DNA of 64,000 bases from Candidatus Bathyarchaeia archaeon. GTDB taxonomy: Archaea; Thermoproteota; Bathyarchaeia; Bathyarchaeales; Bathycorpusculaceae. This document shows positions 60,689 to 64,000 of the stretch, piece after piece. The first letter of the stretch is position 1; every line of letters starts with the position of its first letter. Both the position numbers and the translations under genes were made by a program. The stretch spans positions 1-64,000 of the forward strand of contig JBBFKZ010000005.1 of assembly GCA_037481775.1 (NCBI GenBank), in the 5' to 3' direction. The notes under the pieces are model-generated. The model worked only from the letters and a program-made list of their open reading frames with translations. It was not told the DNA's origin and made no database searches.

Positions 60689-62257
60689 CTAAACCTTTCC
60701 TTCAGTTTCAGTGTACGGCTTGAAACCGCGGCATATCATAGGGCAATTAAACATAGGCGTTAAACAATTCGGGTTAGGATGCACACAGCTTGCCCTGTGG
60801 AAATGAACACAGTCTTTCGCTAAAACAGAAAATTCTGAAGATTGATCTGTGCTGCTGTTTTCGGGGTGGTACTGGGGTCGGGGGGTATTTATTTTTCCGC
60901 TGTTTTCTGCCGCTTCTTTTCCATCATTTTCGCCCTCAGAAATAAATACCCCCGAGGGTAGGTACCTCATTCGCCGTTTATCCGCTGGATCTGGCTCCTC
61001 AGTCAACAAGCCTACAGACTGCAAAATATTCAAAACTTGGTCTAATCGTTTTTTGCCGATTGTACGGTGAAAGGTCTGATAGTATAGTGCTTGAAATTCC
61101 TTTCGCGTTACACCATTTTCAGGAATTAACTGCCTCACTTGTTGGAAAATGTTGAAAACCTCAGGTGGCAAGCCTAACTCATTTGCTTTGCTGACTTTCA
61201 GATAAAGACTGAATCCTGCCAACACATCATCTTGATTCACAATTATGGAGTCGTTGATTTTTTCTCGGTGCCAAAGATTCAGCAACGCATGCGCTTTGAT
61301 TAACGCGAGAAGGCGTGTTATGTCCCGTTGATGGCGCGGAATTAGGTTATTATGCAAGGCGAAGAATTCTTCAGCGATTTGCGCTCTAATTTCCTCTGGG
61401 ATCACCACGTACTTTATGTCGGCACAAGCAATGTCAGAGACACGGTTAGCTAACCACACACGCCTCGGGTCACTTTCCATAGTTTTATTGAATGCCTCAC
61501 GGTCGGATTCCTTTTCTATTTTAAGCAGAATAGCATCTCGTATTTTGTCTTGGGTTGTGTCGGGTGATAGCAGTAGAAGCCTTGTGCGTTCCTGATCTTC
61601 CATGCTGAAGCTTGCAGTGCAGAAAAGCACCGTTGGGTACCCTTCTATTTTAACGGTTTTTGTGCGCAATCCTAATTTTGCTTTATTGTCTGTTATCTTC
61701 GAAATCAACACTTTGCGGTCATGAGACAGGAGCGGCCTCAACCGTTGCAAGAGAACGTCATGCGGTTGGTCAAGGAAAATCAATATCTTCCTATGCAGGT
61801 CGATATAGTTTATCCTCCGCTTTTTCTCAGGTTCCACGTCTTCTCTGGTGTCGCTTGGGTCAGGAATCAAAACTCCGTATTCATGGAAAAACGCTGTCGG
61901 GCTCACATAAGAATATTCGATAACGTCACTTTTGGGGAAATACCAAGCTAACTCTAAGGGGATATAGCTTTTTCCAGTGCTGCTTTCTGCTGTGAAACTT
62001 ACGTTAATCTGGTCTTCTTCAGTGTATGTTAACAGCATTGCTAAGAATGTTATAACTTTATTTTCTTCGTCATGCTTGATTGTTGAGCTTAAGATTTCGC
62101 TAAGCTCGTCTAAGTTTAATGGTCTCAGGTTTTCTTTGAGCTTTTCGCGCCATGCTTTGCCTAGAGGCGTTAATGGTTCTGCGGGCATTCCAAGGGGCAC
62201 ATCACTTGTTATCGACTGCCTCAGCTCATCTTTAGTCGGCAAAGTGTCAGCGTTCAT
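60689..62257 (-). CDS. Putative replication ATPase/helicase (MCM-like AAA+) with C-terminal wHTH and Cys-rich tail
   Basis: Walker A AESSTGKS, Walker B-like LIFLDQ, arginine finger-like ERTR, sensor-2-like PRHQRDITRLLALIKAHALL, wHTH ending GLLTEEPDP.DKR. Confidence 0.7.
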   Translation of the reverse strand: MNADTLPTKDELRQSITSDVPLGMPAEPLTPLGKAWREKLKENLRPLNLDELSEILSSTIKHDEENKVITFLAMLLTYTEEDQINVSFTAESSTGKSYIPLELAWYFPKSDVIEYSYVSPTAFFHEYGVLIPDPSDTREDVEPEKKRRINYIDLHRKILIFLDQPHDVLLQRLRPLLSHDRKVLISKITDNKAKLGLRTKTVKIEGYPTVLFCTASFSMEDQERTRLLLLSPDTTQDKIRDAILLKIEKESDREAFNKTMESDPRRVWLANRVSDIACADIKYVVIPEEIRAQIAEEFFALHNNLIPRHQRDITRLLALIKAHALLNLWHREKINDSIIVNQDDVLAGFSLYLKVSKANELGLPPEVFNIFQQVRQLIPENGVTRKEFQALYYQTFHRTIGKKRLDQVLNILQSVGLLTEEPDPADKRRMRYLPSGVFISEGENDGKEAAENSGKINTPRPQYHPENSSTDQSSEFSVLAKDCVHFHRASCVHPNPNCLTPMFNCPMICRGFKPYTETEGKV

Positions 62258-62439
62258 GGCTTCGCGGCTCCTTTAAGAAAATCTTTTAAGTGGAAGATGT
62301 TCAGAGGGGTTTTATGTGAGAGGGCCGCACCTGAGTGAGAATACTTCTGCCGAGTTTCATTCAGGTGCTCGCTTGTCCCTCTCTTTCCACACCTTGATTT
62401 CTCTGAAAATGAGGGGTTACTGCGTGCCTCAGTGGTCAT
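62254..62439 (-). CDS. Small hypothetical protein (61 aa)
   Basis: Stop overlaps the rep ATG (ATGA); GAGGCG SD upstream. Confidence 0.5.
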   Translation of the reverse strand: MTTEARSNPSFSEKSRCGKRGTSEHLNETRQKYSHSGAALSHKTPLNIFHLKDFLKGAAKP

Positions 62440-62456
62440 TTAAGGTTCGCCTCTAA

Positions 62457-62561
62457 TTAGATGGGTTCTATGCCGTCTTTTCCTCGTGCGTAGATGAGTA
62501 GGAGAATGAATATGAAGATGGCAAGCACCGCAAGCAGCTTAAGCAAATAAGTAGTGTCCAT
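62457..62561 (-). CDS. 34-aa single-TM micro-protein (not in ORF track)
   Basis: MDTTYLLKLLAVLAIFIFILLLIYARGKDGIEPI; SD GAGGTG. Confidence 0.6.
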   Translation of the reverse strand: MDTTYLLKLLAVLAIFIFILLLIYARGKDGIEPI

Positions 62562-62574
62562 GCTTGAGACACCT

Positions 62575-62712
62575 CTAAAATTGTTTGAGAACTTCTTGCA
62601 ATGCCTTGTAGATTGGCTCGGTCAGATTTCTGATTTTACCCTCTGAGATTAGTTGGTCAAGCTTTTCTCGCTCTTCAGGTTTAATGCGGATTGTTATGCG
62701 GTTGTTTTTCAT
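62575..62712 (-). CDS. Ribbon-helix-helix (CopG-like) protein, 45 aa (not in ORF track)
   Basis: MKNNRITIRIKPEEREKLDQLISEGKIRNLTEPIYKALQEVLKQF; SD AGGTGA. Confidence 0.75.
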   Translation of the reverse strand: MKNNRITIRIKPEEREKLDQLISEGKIRNLTEPIYKALQEVLKQF

Positions 62713-62762
62713 TTTATCACCTGTCCAAAGATTTTAAATGTCCGAAGGTATAGCTACTAAGT

Positions 62763-63251
62763 ATGTTACCTAGTAACATAGAGCAAGAAGTAGCCGAAAT
62801 CCTTGGAAAAAACAAGGGTTGGTTGCGTACCGAAGAATGTGCTGAAAAATATGCTAAAGGTGATAAGACAAAGCGAACCCAGTTCTATCGTTGGCGTAGG
62901 AAGGTTGAAAGTGGTAAAGTAAAAAACTTCCAAATTGTGAAGCTACCAGGGAACATTTCTTTTATTGGCCTCTGCTCTGCTGATCCGCAGACGTTGGAAG
63001 GTTTCATCTCTGAAGATAAAAGGATGAAAGCTGCTCAATCTGGAAAGGGCTTATTTGGATTTTTTGTTTGGTTAGAACGTAGAGCTAAAAGGCAACGTCG
63101 CGAGGAAATTGAAGAGGAAATAGCAAGGCTTGCGCCTATTGCCGAGAGATATGAGCTTGATTTTTTAAAGAAATATGTTGAAGTGCGGAAAGAAATGTTA
63201 AGTTATCAGAAAGGCGAAAATGAGGAGGGCGGGGTTTTTGAGGAGAAGTAA
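62763..63251 (+). CDS. Hypothetical protein, possible HTH regulator divergent from the RHH operon
   Basis: Basic helical N-terminal region (KRTQFYRW); 50-bp divergent intergenic gap. Confidence 0.6.
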   Translation: MLPSNIEQEVAEILGKNKGWLRTEECAEKYAKGDKTKRTQFYRWRRKVESGKVKNFQIVKLPGNISFIGLCSADPQTLEGFISEDKRMKAAQSGKGLFGFFVWLERRAKRQRREEIEEEIARLAPIAERYELDFLKKYVEVRKEMLSYQKGENEEGGVFEEK

Positions 63252-63492
63252 GCGGGATATATTGCAAAAGGCTATTCCAGACTTGTTTGGTAACAAAAGG
63301 TATGAGGTAAAAAGTAATTATGTGGTTTTTCCTGTTCCTGCTGCGGTTCATAGGCAGGTTCGCGAATGGCTTGGTAAAGGCGATGGAGACGCCCTTGCGG
63401 TTGGAATATCTAATCAGGATAAGGAGCTTAGGCTTGTAATAGTGAACCTGAAGGAGCAAAGGCTTCTTGGAGCGAAAGATTACAGGAGATAA
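63220..63492 (+). CDS. Hypothetical protein (90 aa)
   Basis: Overlaps the upstream gene; protein-like composition. Confidence 0.5.
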   Translation: MRRAGFLRRSKRDILQKAIPDLFGNKRYEVKSNYVVFPVPAAVHRQVREWLGKGDGDALAVGISNQDKELRLVIVNLKEQRLLGAKDYRR

Positions 63493-63531
63493 GCTTAACC
63501 TCTTTAAATCCTCATGGCTATAGGTTAGGTT

Positions 63532-63675
63532 ATGAAGCAGTTTACGCTTAGGAAATACAACTGTAAGACCCGACCCTGTGATCGCTGTGGTGAACGCTTC
63601 AAGCCAGGCGATCGCATTGTTAAGACGGCAAGGCGAAGCTATCATGAACGCTGCTTCCAGCAGCTTCTGCATTAG
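63532..63675 (+). CDS. 47-aa zinc-finger micro-protein (CxxC...HxxC) (not in ORF track)
   Basis: MKQFTLRKYNCKTRPCDRCGERFKPGDRIVKTARRSYHERCFQQLLH. Confidence 0.65.
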   Translation: MKQFTLRKYNCKTRPCDRCGERFKPGDRIVKTARRSYHERCFQQLLH

Positions 63676-64000
63676 CTTTTTTTCCGTGTTTAGGGTTAGG
63701 TTAGCACGTACATTTTGCCGCCTTTGCTCATGAAAGATCAAGCTTTGTTACGTAGCGGTCGTCAGCGTTCAAGGTTGACGCATGGAAAAAATGGCTTTCA
63801 ATGTTCAGTTTGTAACATAAAACTGAAGCTGTACCTCAACAACACGCATTTTGTTACGTAACAGTGCTTTAATGGCGTGTTATGAGCGGCCCTTTTGCCA
63901 TGTACGCTGTAAGCCTTCATGCAGCAGTTTCTTTTAAAGCAAAAAAGAGAAAAAAATGGGGAAATAGCGCGCGGGAGAATTCGCCATAAAAATTGGGAGT

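Larger units (their letters stand above)
59464..64000. mobile_element. Integrated element (plasmid/provirus-like), left part; continues beyond the window
   Basis: tRNA-adjacent integrase, MCM-like ATPase, RHH protein, small ORFs with overlapping start/stop codons and a divergent unit. Confidence 0.8.

Noticed and set aside
63136-63741. 201-aa minus-strand ORF
   Set aside because: Antisense to three plausible plus-strand genes and has no motifs.

Overview
This is an archaeal chromosomal window, most likely Bathyarchaeia (TACK). That is inferred from the short XPF, PolB3-type polymerase, CdvA-like protein, stand-alone 5S rRNA, multi-intron tRNA and the integrase type. Positions 1-57000 are mostly core and metabolic genes: pyrG, dnaG, polB, rps12-rps7, tuf, xpf, heliorhodopsin, P-type ATPase, glucan phosphorylase, a frameshifted PAS histidine kinase with response regulator, map, trpS, pheS/pheT, mtnP-apt, a Dpp/Opp ABC transporter and ltaE. 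This part also carries tRNA-Lys (one intron), tRNA-Pro, tRNA-Trp (two introns, one resembling a C/D-box guide) and 5S rRNA. Positions 57000-64000 are an accessory hotspot around tRNA-Phe. On the tRNA 3' side is a decayed island: a chelatase-like fragment, a 3-repeat CRISPR array fused to a truncated cas3, a frameshifted cas6 and an integrase relic. On the tRNA 5' side is an apparently intact integrative element that runs off the window end. It encodes a Zn-ribbon tyrosine integrase, an MCM-like ATPase with an internal G-string inverted repeat, an RHH protein and several small ORFs. Other notable points are a PolB with all proofreading motifs substituted, a probable ACG start for dnaG, and a 53-bp ORB-like intergenic repeat present twice about 30 kb apart. 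All calls come from reading the sequence and motif recognition; no database searches were run.
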